Positions 33,151-42,439 are shown, counted from the stretch's first letter. The stretch is DNA of 64,000 nucleotides from an uncultured Thermoleophilia bacterium (GCA_963715985.1 CAVQSP010000011.1:576001-640000), one strand, 5' to 3'. The notes: a model not told the origin generated them from the sequence alone. Numbers and translations: made by a program.

Positions 33151-33974
33151 CCCGCGCCCTCGGGGCTCTGGCCGCGCCGCTCGGACCCTCCCACAAGATG
33201 GGCGTGCCTGGGGAAGACCAGCTCGGCCGCGGCCAGATCGGCTGGCGTATCGACCTCGTACCAGCGGCGGCGGGGAAGATCACCGCCGAAAGGGCCAGGA
33301 CGCCGTCGGCGGCCATCTCCTCGAACACGGACTCGTAGAAGGAGCCGGTGCTGGCCGGCCGCCACACGCCGGTCGAGTCGCTCGCAGACCTCACTCCAGG
33401 TCGCGCGCGCGAGGCTGTAGATGTTGAGCGCCATGAAGTGGTCTGCGTCGGTGCAATGCCTACCGTGGACGCCCGGGGGCGGCGGGTAGAAGGCCTTGAC
33501 GTGGCCGTCCCCGTCGAGCGTGACCGTGGTGCCGTCCATCCACGGCAGCTGCCGGGAGACGGCGATCCGGTCGGGCTCAAGCAGCGGCGCCAGCAGCGGC
33601 TCGTCGAAGACGAGATCGCTCTCGACCAAGAGGAACGGTTCGTCGATCAGGTGGCGCGCCAGCCACAGCGAGTAGATGTTGTTGGTGGTCGCGAACAGCG
33701 GGCTGACGATGTATTCGACGGCGATGCCGCCGAAGCGCTCGCCGAGGTAGTCGCGTATCGTCTCGGCCCTGTAGCCCGTGACGATGACCAGGCGCTCGAA
33801 GCGGTGACTGTCGAGAGCACGGACCAGCCGCTCGAGGATCGGCAGTCCGCTGACGGAGACGAGGCACTTCGGCAGCGCTTCGGTCAGCGGCGCCAACCGA
33901 CAACCCAAGCCGGCGGCGAGCAGCAGTGCGGTCCGTACCGGTGCGCGAGCGGTGCTGCGGTCGTGGCACTCCAT
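33147..33974 (-). CDS. LicC-like sugar/choline-phosphate cytidylyltransferase (indels)
   Basis: LLAAGLGCRL..LPKCL, TTNNIYSLWLA, VESDLVF, WYEVDTPADL. Confidence 0.88.
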   Translation of the reverse strand: MECHDRSTARAPVRTALLLAAGLGCRLAPLTEALPKCLVSVSGLPILERLVRALDSHRFERLVIVTGYRAETIRDYLGERFGGIAVEYIVSPLFATTNNIYSLWLARHLIDEPFLLVESDLVFDEPLLAPLLEPDRIAVSRQLPWMDGTTVTLDGDGHVKAFYPPPPGVHGRHCTDADHFMALNIYSLARATWSEVCERLDRRVAAGQHRLLLRVRVRGDGRRRRPGPFGGDLPRRRWYEVDTPADLAAAELVFPRHAHLVGGSERRGQSPEGAG

Positions 33975-34381
33975 ATGCGTGCCTCGCTTCTCAAGAGCCC
34001 GGCAGTCCGACCCCTCGGGTGGGATACCGAGTCGATGGCGACGGCGTGATGGGGCCGCCAGGGGAGCGACTGCCAGTGCCGGCAACGCCCCGACCGTCGC
34101 CGGCAAGAGGAGCACAGCTAGCCGCTGCGATGCGCTTCCCGGCGGCTGATGCCGGTCACCCAGGTCATCGGCCTGGTGCACATGACGCGGCGAGATCCGC
34201 CCGAGACGCGCAGACAGGACGGCAGCGGCTGCTCTGCGGTCGTGCGCAGCTTATCTGTCTTGCGGGCGCGCGTCACGAGTTTGGCCGCGCCCGACTCGGC
34301 TCAGGGAAGCTCAGACTTCTGCTGCTGTTACTTGGGCCTGCCCCGCTTTGACAGACACTTTCCTTAGGCTGCCTGGTCCTC

Positions 34382-34474
34382 CATGCGACCGTCTCGATCA
34401 CACTCGACACCTACTCGCGCGCGATCCCCGCCATGCAGGAGGAGGCCGCGGCGTTGATCGCGTATCTGGTGTTC
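34382..34474 (+). pseudogene. Tyrosine integrase 3' tail remnant 1
   Basis: HATVSITLDTYSRAIPAMQEEAAALIAYLVF; 78/93 nt identical to 35882..35974. Confidence 0.8.
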
Positions 34475-34493
34475 GCGCAGGCGTGGAGCGGGC

Positions 34494-35606
<1,113 letters not shown>

Positions 35607-35806
35607 GCGCCCTCCGCCGCCCTTCGCTACGAGGTTCGCCTGATCGTGTCGATGGCGCGCCGGCGCCGGCCGGTGCGAAGGGCAGCATGCCCTCCTCCCA
35701 CCAGGGGGCGGCCACAGGGACGCGCCAGAGAACTGCTCCCGATACTAACACCCGGGGCTGCCAGGGGAGGCGCTCGCGCGAGCACTTCGAGTGGGGCCGG
35801 CGGTCA

Positions 35807-35995
35807 GATCTGCGCCACACTCACGCCACCCTCGCGCTCCAGGCCGGCATCCACCCCAAGGTCGTCTCAGAGCGCCTTGGGCACGCCACCGTCTCGATCA
35901 CCCTCGACACCTACTCGCATGCCATCCCGGCGATGCAGGAGGAGGAGGCGGCGCTGATTGCGGGGCTGGTGTTCTCGACGGAACAGGCGAGCTGA
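35807..35995 (+). pseudogene. Tyrosine integrase 3' tail remnant 2
   Basis: DLRHTHATLALQAGIHPKVVSERLGHATVSITLDTYSHAIP (catalytic R, H and Y). Confidence 0.88.
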
Positions 35996-35999
35996 AGCA

Positions 36000-37091
36000 C
36001 TACTCCCTGCTTGCGTCAGCAATCCGACCTATGGCTCCAATCCAGGCTCGTTCAGACCTCGCTTTCGTTACCTCACAGACCTCCATCACTGCGCCGACTG
36101 CTGCCCCAACAGCCCCGCCGACTACGGGTGCGCCGAGCGCGAGGCCAATCGTTGCGTATCCAGTTCCTACGCCCACCAGCATGTTGACGAGCGCGTGTCC
36201 CGCGATGGATCTCACGCCGCCCCCAGCCAGTGCAGCCTTACGCAGCCTCTTGCTGTAGGCGTCGCGCACGGCGGTCTCGATGTCGTCCCCCGACGCCAAG
36301 GACGCAACCTCGTCCTCAACGTCCCGCAATTCGGCCCTGAGGCGCGTCAGCGCAGGGAGTCTCCGCAGCCGCCCAACGTCCTCCCAATTGAGGCGCTCCA
36401 CGCGAGGCACCAAGATCGGCAGCGCGAACCCTCGGCTCTTCACGTTGGCGTCCGCAGCAAACCGCGCCGCAATCACGCGACCGTGATAGCGATCGACACT
36501 CGTGTCCCAGCCCGCGCACGCGCCCGCGGCCAAGTCATCCGCGATATGGCCGATGAGCGCTGAGCGCACCAGCTGCTCTGGCACGAGCCGTCGAAGGGCG
36601 TCGTTTTCAGCGTCGCGCTCCTTCCAGACCTCCGCTACCCGCTTCACTTCCGAACTGGACGAATCCAGCGACCCGAAGGAGATCCAGTCACAGGCCTTGG
36701 GGAACTCGAACGCAAACGGCTCCAGGGTCGCGTCCCAGCACATCGTGGTTGCGGAGCGGAAAACCTCCTGCATGGGCTCAGGCGACGGTACACCTGGCGC
36801 CTTTGCAGGCCCCATCGCCAACTTGAAGGGGCCAGCCTGGGCGGTATGGCGGTGGCGAGCAGTCTCCCAAGACGGCGATTGCCCTGTCGTATATGGCATG
36901 CGCAGGACGAGTGATGCCTCAGGGCCAGCCGTAATGAGACGGCGCCCCGTCTCGATCAGCACCTCTTCATACAGCAAACTCGCGACCTTGAGCCGAGCGC
37001 GGACACTCTCGACGGGAGCCCCAGCGACCAAGGCGTGAGCGTTCGAAGCCACCGGGAAGAAGCAGCACTCTGAGGCACGTGTGTCTGTCAT
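36000..37091 (-). CDS. Hypothetical protein with C-terminal Gly-rich membrane helices
   Basis: 363-aa ORF with atypical codon usage; LVGVGTGYATIGLALGAPVVGGAVGAAVGAV. Confidence 0.7.
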   Translation of the reverse strand: MTDTRASECCFFPVASNAHALVAGAPVESVRARLKVASLLYEEVLIETGRRLITAGPEASLVLRMPYTTGQSPSWETARHRHTAQAGPFKLAMGPAKAPGVPSPEPMQEVFRSATTMCWDATLEPFAFEFPKACDWISFGSLDSSSSEVKRVAEVWKERDAENDALRRLVPEQLVRSALIGHIADDLAAGACAGWDTSVDRYHGRVIAARFAADANVKSRGFALPILVPRVERLNWEDVGRLRRLPALTRLRAELRDVEDEVASLASGDDIETAVRDAYSKRLRKAALAGGGVRSIAGHALVNMLVGVGTGYATIGLALGAPVVGGAVGAAVGAVMEVCEVTKARSERAWIGAIGRIADASRE

Positions 37092-37256
37092 CGGCTTGAG
37101 AGACTCGGCGCAGATGGCACGCACTGAAGACCGGGTCAGCTCAAGGCTATCAGCATCGAGAACCAGGAGAGGCGGCGCCTCGTGCTGGCCAGTGCCGTTG
37201 CGTACCCGGGAGTCTCGGCAGCAACATGTCGGCAATTTTAGCGACGTGGACAAGTT

Positions 37257-37342
37257 TGCTGCCGAACGCCCCAGCACGAAAGCGCCCTGTGCAGCACAGA
37301 AGTGGTGCCCCCGGGCTGGATCGAACAGCCGACACCAGGTTT
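37257..37342 (-). repeat. att direct repeat overlapping the tRNA 3' half
   Basis: Identical to 30415..30500. Confidence 0.92.
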
Positions 37343-37378
37343 AGGAAACCTGTGCTCTATCCACTGAGCTACGAGGGC
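37303..37378 (-). tRNA. tRNA-Arg(CCT)
   Basis: GCCCTCGTAGCTCAGTGGATAGAGCACAGGTTTCCTAAACCTGGTGTCGGCTGTTCGATCCAGCCCGGGGGCACCA: cloverleaf, anticodon CCT, encoded CCA. Confidence 0.97.
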
Positions 37379-37543
37379 ATTGTGCCGATTTGCAGGTACT
37401 TTGTGTTCCTGCGGCCCGGCAAGAATACCACGAGTTGCTAGGAAGTTGCCAAATCTGCATGAAACCTGCGGCGGCGCGCCTGCAAGCGGCTCATGTGACG
37501 TCGTTCGCCGCGCTCCGACGAGCGACTTCGGCCGGCTGATCGG

Positions 37544-37858
37544 TCATCCGCGACCGTCGATGCGCTCGAGCATCTGCGCTTCGCTCGGGTGGGCGTCGAT
37601 TCCCGCACCGGGGACCAGGTAACGCCGTCAGCCCATCGACCCGAGCGGGATCTCCGTGTCGGGCTCGAGGTCGCGCCCGTCGATCAGGATCGTCGGCGAG
37701 CCGCGGAAGCCGCTGGCGACCGCAGTCGCCTCGTCTTCGATGACCACGTCGCTGACGCCGACGTCGTCCCGGGCGCCGGCGATCCCGGAGGCGATGGCGA
37801 GGGCGGCGGCCCCGCCGCCACAGCCGGGGACGTGGAGTACGGTGATCGTGTGAGGCAT
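37544..37858 (-). CDS. Thioredoxin-like DF/DUF2703-family selenoprotein (UGA at 37628-37630 read as Sec)
   Basis: HVPGC...GFRGSPTILIDGRD...SMG-UGA-RRYLVPGAGIDAHPSEAQM; UGA sits at the family's C-R-x-Y cysteine; hairpin follows; GGAGGAG RBS. Confidence 0.8.
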
Positions 37859-37976
37859 CTGCTCTCCTCCTGCCGACGCGGGACCCGCGCTTCGTCTGAC
37901 GGGAGGATACCGCCCCGGGCACCCGTTCACGCATCTCGGCCGACGCTCACGCCCCGCCTGGGACGGGGCCGGAGTC

Positions 37977-38286
37977 CTACCGCCTGCGGCTTGCGAGCGC
38001 CACGACGTTGTCGCGGCGCGGCTGAGCGTCCTCGAAGATCTGCTCCTCGGCGCACTCCAATGCGGCCCTCGTGACCTCGTCGAGGCCGGCCTTGGCCTTC
38101 GCCCGCGCGGCGGTGGTGAGGCGCACGTAGCGGCGCAGGGTGGTCGCCGGGCCGGAGTGGCCTAGCCACTCCTGCGCCTGCTTCACGCCGTACTCCTCGC
38201 AAACCGAGGTCCCGAACGAGTCGCGCAGGCCGTGGATCGGCAGGTGCGGGTCGATCCTCTGGCGCGCGACCCGATTCCACCACAGA
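37977..38286 (-). pseudogene. C-terminal remnant of a tyrosine recombinase (not IntI-like)
   Basis: LPIHGLRDSFGTSVCEEYGVKQAQEWLGHSGPATTLRRYVRL (HxxR, LGH, Y). Confidence 0.75.
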
Positions 38287-38304
38287 CGGGGCCGTCTGCG
38301 TTTG

Positions 38305-38339
38305 GTGCTTACGCGGACCGTCTGATCCTTGTTAGCGGT
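38305..38339 (+). other. attI-like integron recombination site
   Basis: TTACGCGGACCGTCTGATCCTTGTTAGCGG: R box GTTAGCG preceded by a degenerate L box GTCTGAT; no attC hairpin upstream. Confidence 0.5.
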
Positions 38340-38410
38340 ACACCGGTCGTGAGGCCAATGTCCACCACTCGGGTGTTGCGCCCGCCGGGCGCACGGGGGA
38401 GACTGTCGAC

Positions 38411-38641
38411 ATGCGCACCACCGATCTCGAGATCGCCAAGCTCTCCCTCGCTGAGCGCATCCAGCTCGCCGAGGACCTCTGGGACAGCGTCGCCGCCGAG
38501 ACCGGTGGGTTGCCGCTCACCGAGGCGCAGACGACGGAGCTCGACCACCGCCTCGCCCAGCTCGCCCGCGATCCTGAGGCCGGCGACCCCTGGGAGGTCG
38601 TGCGCGGGCGCATCCAGGAGCGCCTCGACAAGGCCGGATGA
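38411..38641 (+). CDS. Addiction-module antitoxin (TIGR02574-like)
   Basis: LSLAERIQLAEDLWDSV...ELDHRL...PWEVVR. Confidence 0.9.
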   Translation: MRTTDLEIAKLSLAERIQLAEDLWDSVAAETGGLPLTEAQTTELDHRLAQLARDPEAGDPWEVVRGRIQERLDKAG

Positions 38642-38940
38642 CCCTGCGCCTCGTCGTCCGCGCGGCCGCCGAGGCGGACGTCCTCGAAGCGGCACTCTGG
38701 TACGAACAGCGCTCCCCAGGTCTCGGCACAGAGTTCCTGCGCGCCGTCGACGTCACCCTCGCCGAGATCGCGCGCATGCCCGAACGCTTCCCGCTCGTCT
38801 ACTGCGAGTCGCGCCGTGCGCTGCTGCGCCGCTTCCCGTATGCCGTCTTCTTCGTCGCCGCTCCCGATCTGGTCAGCGTGGTCGCCTTCATGCACGCGCG
38901 CCGCGACCCACGCCGCTGGGAGGAGCGCGTCGGTGGATGA
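38638..38940 (+). CDS. RelE/ParE family toxin
   Basis: AEADVLEAALWYEQRSPGLGTEF...RRALLRRFPYAVFF...VAFMHARRDP. Confidence 0.9.
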   Translation: MTLRLVVRAAAEADVLEAALWYEQRSPGLGTEFLRAVDVTLAEIARMPERFPLVYCESRRALLRRFPYAVFFVAAPDLVSVVAFMHARRDPRRWEERVGG

Positions 38941-38941
38941 C

Positions 38942-39028
38942 CGCTAACAAGCGCATCGAGCAGAACGCCACAACGTCTGCCGTGAACCGGCAGGTCAGTC
39001 GCGTCTGCTCATGCACCGGGCGTTAGCG
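38942..39028 (+). other. attC site 1
   Basis: R'' CGCTAAC; L'' CATCGAGC pairs with L' GCTCATG leaving one extrahelical C; R' GTTAGCG. Confidence 0.85.
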
Positions 39029-39047
39029 CCACAGTCCGGAATCGTGC

Positions 39048-39076
39048 TTGTTGCCCAAGCGGAGCTGGGATATACT
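39048..39076 (+). promoter_or_regulatory. Cassette-internal sigma-70 promoter of mazEF
   Basis: TTGTTG-N17-TATACT overlapped by the imperfect palindrome GGATATAC-TTC-GGATAGCC. Confidence 0.55.
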
Positions 39077-39102
39077 TCGGATAGCCTCAGGAGGTGAACC
39101 CG

Positions 39103-39351
39103 ATGATTACCAGAATCCAGAAGTGGGGCAACAGCCAAGGTCTTCGTGTGAGCAAGGAGCTGCTTGCCGATGCCGAGATCGGCGTCGGCGATGCCGTCGA
39201 CGTGGCCGTGCGTGACGGCGCTCTTGTCGTGACGCCGGTCCGTCGCGTACGTGGCGCGCTCGACCTCGCGCAGCTCGTCGCTTCCATTCCCAAGGGCTAC
39301 GAGCCCGGCGAGCTCGACTGGGGACAGCCTGCCGGCCGAGAGGTCTGGTAG
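39103..39351 (+). CDS. mazE: AbrB/MazE family antitoxin
   Basis: IQKWGNSQGLRV...ELDWGQPAGREVW. Confidence 0.92.
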   Translation: MITRIQKWGNSQGLRVSKELLADAEIGVGDAVDVAVRDGALVVTPVRRVRGALDLAQLVASIPKGYEPGELDWGQPAGREVW

Positions 39352-39687
39352 GTGGCGGCCTACGTTCCCCGCAGGGGGGACTTCGTCGCTCTGACCTTCG
39401 ATCCCCAGTCGGGTCACGAGCAGCGTGGGCGCCGACCGGCACTGGTGGTCAGCAACGACCTCTTCAACAAGCACACGGGGTTGTGCATCGCCTGCCCGGT
39501 GACCAATGCCCGGCGCGACTACCCATTCCATGTCTCGGTTCCCGAAGGCTGCGAGGTGACCGGCGTGGTCATGGTCGAGCAGGTCAAGTCGATCGACTTT
39601 CGCGCCCGCAGCGTGAAGCGCATCGCACCGGCTCCGGAGTCGGTTCTGCAGGAGGCGCTGTCGCTGCTCGACGCATGTATCTATTGA
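39352..39687 (+). CDS. mazF: PemK/MazF family toxin
   Basis: YVPRRGD..FDPQSGHEQRGRRPALVVS..FN...CPVT...QVKSIDFRAR. Confidence 0.93.
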   Translation: MAAYVPRRGDFVALTFDPQSGHEQRGRRPALVVSNDLFNKHTGLCIACPVTNARRDYPFHVSVPEGCEVTGVVMVEQVKSIDFRARSVKRIAPAPESVLQEALSLLDACIY

Positions 39688-39688
39688 G

Positions 39689-39748
39689 CGCCAACAAGCA
39701 CATCGAGCAGATGCGCTTCGCGCACGGCTCATGTGCCAGCCGTTGGGC
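39689..39748 (+). other. attC site 2
   Basis: R'' CGCCAAC; GCACAT(C)GAGC pairs with GCTCATGTGC; terminal TGCGC-TTC-GCGCA; R' GTTGGGC. Confidence 0.85.
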
Positions 39749-39774
39749 CCTGGAAGTGCAGAGAGGAGAGCACG

Positions 39775-40119
39775 ATGAGCAACGAACAGCCGGCACCTGA
39801 GACGAAAGGTGTCACGGCGAAGTTGCTGGCGACGGTCGACCTCGGCCCGGAGATCGAGGGCATGGCGGGACGCCAGCTTCGCATGCGCATGGTGACCTTC
39901 GAGCCTGGAGGCGTCTTCGGCCCGGTCCACGACCACAAGGGCAGGCCAGGCACCGTCTACATCCTGCAAGGAACGATCACCGACCATCGAGACGGAGTCG
40001 CTACGGACTACGGGCCGGGAGTGGGCTGGCCCGAGGACAGGAACACCACACACTGGCTTGAGAACAGAGGAACGACTCCGGCGGTGGAGATCTCGGTCGA
40101 CATAGTCGGGCACGAGTAA
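39775..40119 (+). CDS. Cupin domain protein (third cassette)
   Basis: FEPGGVFGPVHDHKGRPGTVYILQG...HWLENRG. Confidence 0.88.
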   Translation: MSNEQPAPETKGVTAKLLATVDLGPEIEGMAGRQLRMRMVTFEPGGVFGPVHDHKGRPGTVYILQGTITDHRDGVATDYGPGVGWPEDRNTTHWLENRGTTPAVEISVDIVGHE

Positions 40120-40217
40120 GCTCAGGCCCGACGTCAAGGGTGGTCGGGGGACGTCGATCTGCTCCTCCGGCGAAATCGTAGCACAGGGGCCGGCGGCCGG
40201 CGGCGGTGGCCGCCGCC

Positions 40218-41459
40218 TCAAGCCCACAGGGTGCTGATGGGGAGTGCCGACAGCCGGTCACCCAGCGCGTACGGCCGTGGTCCGGTGTGCAGGACGACGC
40301 CGGCGATGAAGCGGTCTCCGAGCTCGTCGCGAAGCCACGCGAGATGGCGCGCGCTGCGCACGGTCGGAGCCGCCTCAGCCTTCACCTCGACGCCGATGAC
40401 CCGACCGTCTGCGGCCTCCAGGACAATGTCCATCTCGTGCCGACCCTGCTGCTGCCGCAGGTGATACGCGCGGAGCCGGGACGCGCTCACCGAGATCTCA
40501 CCTCGGATTTGCGCCATGACGAAGGAATCCAGGATCCGCCCGAGCAGATCCCCGTCGCGCATCACCCCGTCGGTGTCCACCCGAAGCGCAGCGCTCACCA
40601 GGCCCGGGTCGACGACGTAGCGTTTGGGCGAGCGAGCCAGGCGCTTCAACCGATTGGTCATCCACGCAGGAACAGCCTCCACGACGAACAGATTCGTGAA
40701 CAGCCGGTCGTAGGCCGCCGCGGTCCTGGCGTTGATGCCTGCGGCATCGTAGAGCGTCTTGTCCTCCACGACTCCGGCCGTGTTCGAGGCCAGCGCTTCG
40801 AAGTAGCGCCGCAGCCGCACGGGGTCGCGGTCGCCCGCGACCTGGGAGGCATCGCGCGTCAGGATCTGGTCGAGGTAGCCGTCCAGCCAGCGGCGCCTGG
40901 CAGTAGCGCGCAGGTGTAAGACCGGACTCGGGAACGACCCGGCGAGCGCCATCTCCACGTAGCCCCGTAAGTCAGGCGGGTCGGCCGGAGTCCGCGCAGC
41001 CGCTTCGACGCCCTCGGCCGCGATCCGCTCGAAGAGCCCGGGTCCGTCAACGCTGCCGAGGACCTCGCGCCCAACCAGCCCGGACAAGGCGACTCTGGTC
41101 AGGCGGCCCGTGCCCGGCCACGTCTCAGCCTCGAGGTCGGCGCGGACCGAGCCGGTCAGCAAGTAGCGGCCGGGCCGCGGATCGTCGTCCACCGCCCTCT
41201 TGAGCGCGCCGAGGACCGAGGGCACGGCCTGCCACTCGTCCAGGAGGACGGGCTCCGGCAGGCCGCGCAGAGCGACGTCCGGATCGGCGCGGAAGGCGGC
41301 CGCCTCCGCATCGCGGTCGAGGCGAATGACCGTCCGGGCGAATCGCCGGGCCGTGGTGGTCTTGCCCACGGCTCGCGGACCCACGATCAGGATCGCCGGC
41401 AGTTCCTGAAGGAGCTCGGCCAGAAGAGCATCGAGGAGTCTGTCTCGATACGAGACCAT
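40218..41459 (-). CDS. AAA_14/DUF4143 ATP-binding protein
   Basis: GPRAVGKTT, LLDEWQ, LLTGS, PKRYVVDPG, HEMDIVLE..IGVEVKA. Confidence 0.92.
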   Translation of the reverse strand: MVSYRDRLLDALLAELLQELPAILIVGPRAVGKTTTARRFARTVIRLDRDAEAAAFRADPDVALRGLPEPVLLDEWQAVPSVLGALKRAVDDDPRPGRYLLTGSVRADLEAETWPGTGRLTRVALSGLVGREVLGSVDGPGLFERIAAEGVEAAARTPADPPDLRGYVEMALAGSFPSPVLHLRATARRRWLDGYLDQILTRDASQVAGDRDPVRLRRYFEALASNTAGVVEDKTLYDAAGINARTAAAYDRLFTNLFVVEAVPAWMTNRLKRLARSPKRYVVDPGLVSAALRVDTDGVMRDGDLLGRILDSFVMAQIRGEISVSASRLRAYHLRQQQGRHEMDIVLEAADGRVIGVEVKAEAAPTVRSARHLAWLRDELGDRFIAGVVLHTGPRPYALGDRLSALPISTLWA

Positions 41460-41469
41460 GGAGGCATGA

Positions 41470-41531
41470 TACCAATATGCCGCAGGTCTGACTACCAACA
41501 TTCCGCAGCACATGGTACCAATGCTCCGCAG
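41470..41531. repeat. Three 16-bp direct repeats with exact 23-bp period
   Basis: TACCAATATGCCGCAG (41470), TACCAACATTCCGCAG (41493), TACCAATGCTCCGCAG (41516). Confidence 0.85.
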
Positions 41532-41750
41532 TCGCGGAGGCGCCGACTTGAGCTCTCCATCGACCCGTTCGTCGACGCGGTCTCCTGGAAGAAGCGCGAC
41601 CCGGAGGCCTACCGGGCGCTCGTGCTCCGGGTGCGTATTCCGCGCCAAGCAGAACAGTCATTCTGGAGTTGACCCGCCTTCGTGGACACATGGGCGATCG
41701 GTGGGCCCCTCCGAGTGGCCGGCGATGGGACGCCCCTTCTCCCCCGCCTG

Positions 41751-42439
41751 CTACGCCGTCAGCAAGGATGCGCTGTCGCGCGCGAAGCGGGCGAAGGTGA
41801 TCGCCGGGCGACCGAGCAGCCGCGGCAGCTCGTCGGTGATGCGTCCTGCCATGTGCAGGCGGCAGACCAGGTAGATGCCGCGCATGACGCGGATGTAGTC
41901 GGGCGGGAACCCCTGCGCCGCCATGTGGCGGGCGAACTCGCGGCCGCTGGGGCGCGTGTACACGATGCGCCGGCCGCCGGCCTCGCTGAGCACGGCGGCG
42001 CACTCGTCATAAGTGAGGGCCTCTCCACCGGTGATGGAGTAGGCCTTGCCGACGTGCCCGTCCTCGGCGAGCGTGAGCGCCGCCACGGCGCCGATGTCGC
42101 GTACGTCGATGAAGCTCGTGCGACCGTTGCCGGCGGGCACGACGATGCGGGCGGCGCGCATCGCGGCGATGAAGGGATCGAAGGCCGCCGCCTCCGCCAT
42201 CTGCGGCGGCCGCATGAGGAACACGCGGTCGACGCCGTCGAGGGCCGCGGCGTAGCGTCTCGGGGCGCGCGAAGTCGAAGGGCACCCAGGGGACGCCGCC
42301 GGGGACGGCTGCGGCGTCCCGCTCGTCGAGCGCCGCGGCCCGCAGCAGCACGCCGCGGCGCAGCAGCTCGGCGCAGACCTCGCGGCCGATCGTTGCCGCC
42401 CGCGCCGGTGACGAGCACGATGCCGGAGCCGGCACTCAC
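41751..42439 (-). pseudogene. NmrA-like atypical SDR with an internal deletion and indels
   Basis: VLVTGA..., ALDGVDRVFLMRPP, then AAMRAA joins directly to RIVVPAGNGRTSFIDVRDIG. Confidence 0.65.

Larger units (their letters stand above)
38331..40132 (+). mobile_element. Integron gene-cassette array (three cassettes, no intI in window)
   Basis: Co-oriented short genes, each unit starting at GTT and ending in an attC hairpin right after the stop codon. Confidence 0.8.

Noticed and set aside
33975-34381. Structured ncRNA in the long leader of the cytidylyltransferase
   Set aside because: Only scattered short complementarities; no family recognised.
37977-38286. intI integron integrase
   Set aside because: Only a C-terminal fragment, and it lacks the IntI-type HSFATHLL/DIRTVQELLGH/TTMIYTHV signature.
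41470-41531. Mini-CRISPR
   Set aside because: 16-bp repeats with 7-bp gaps are far too short.
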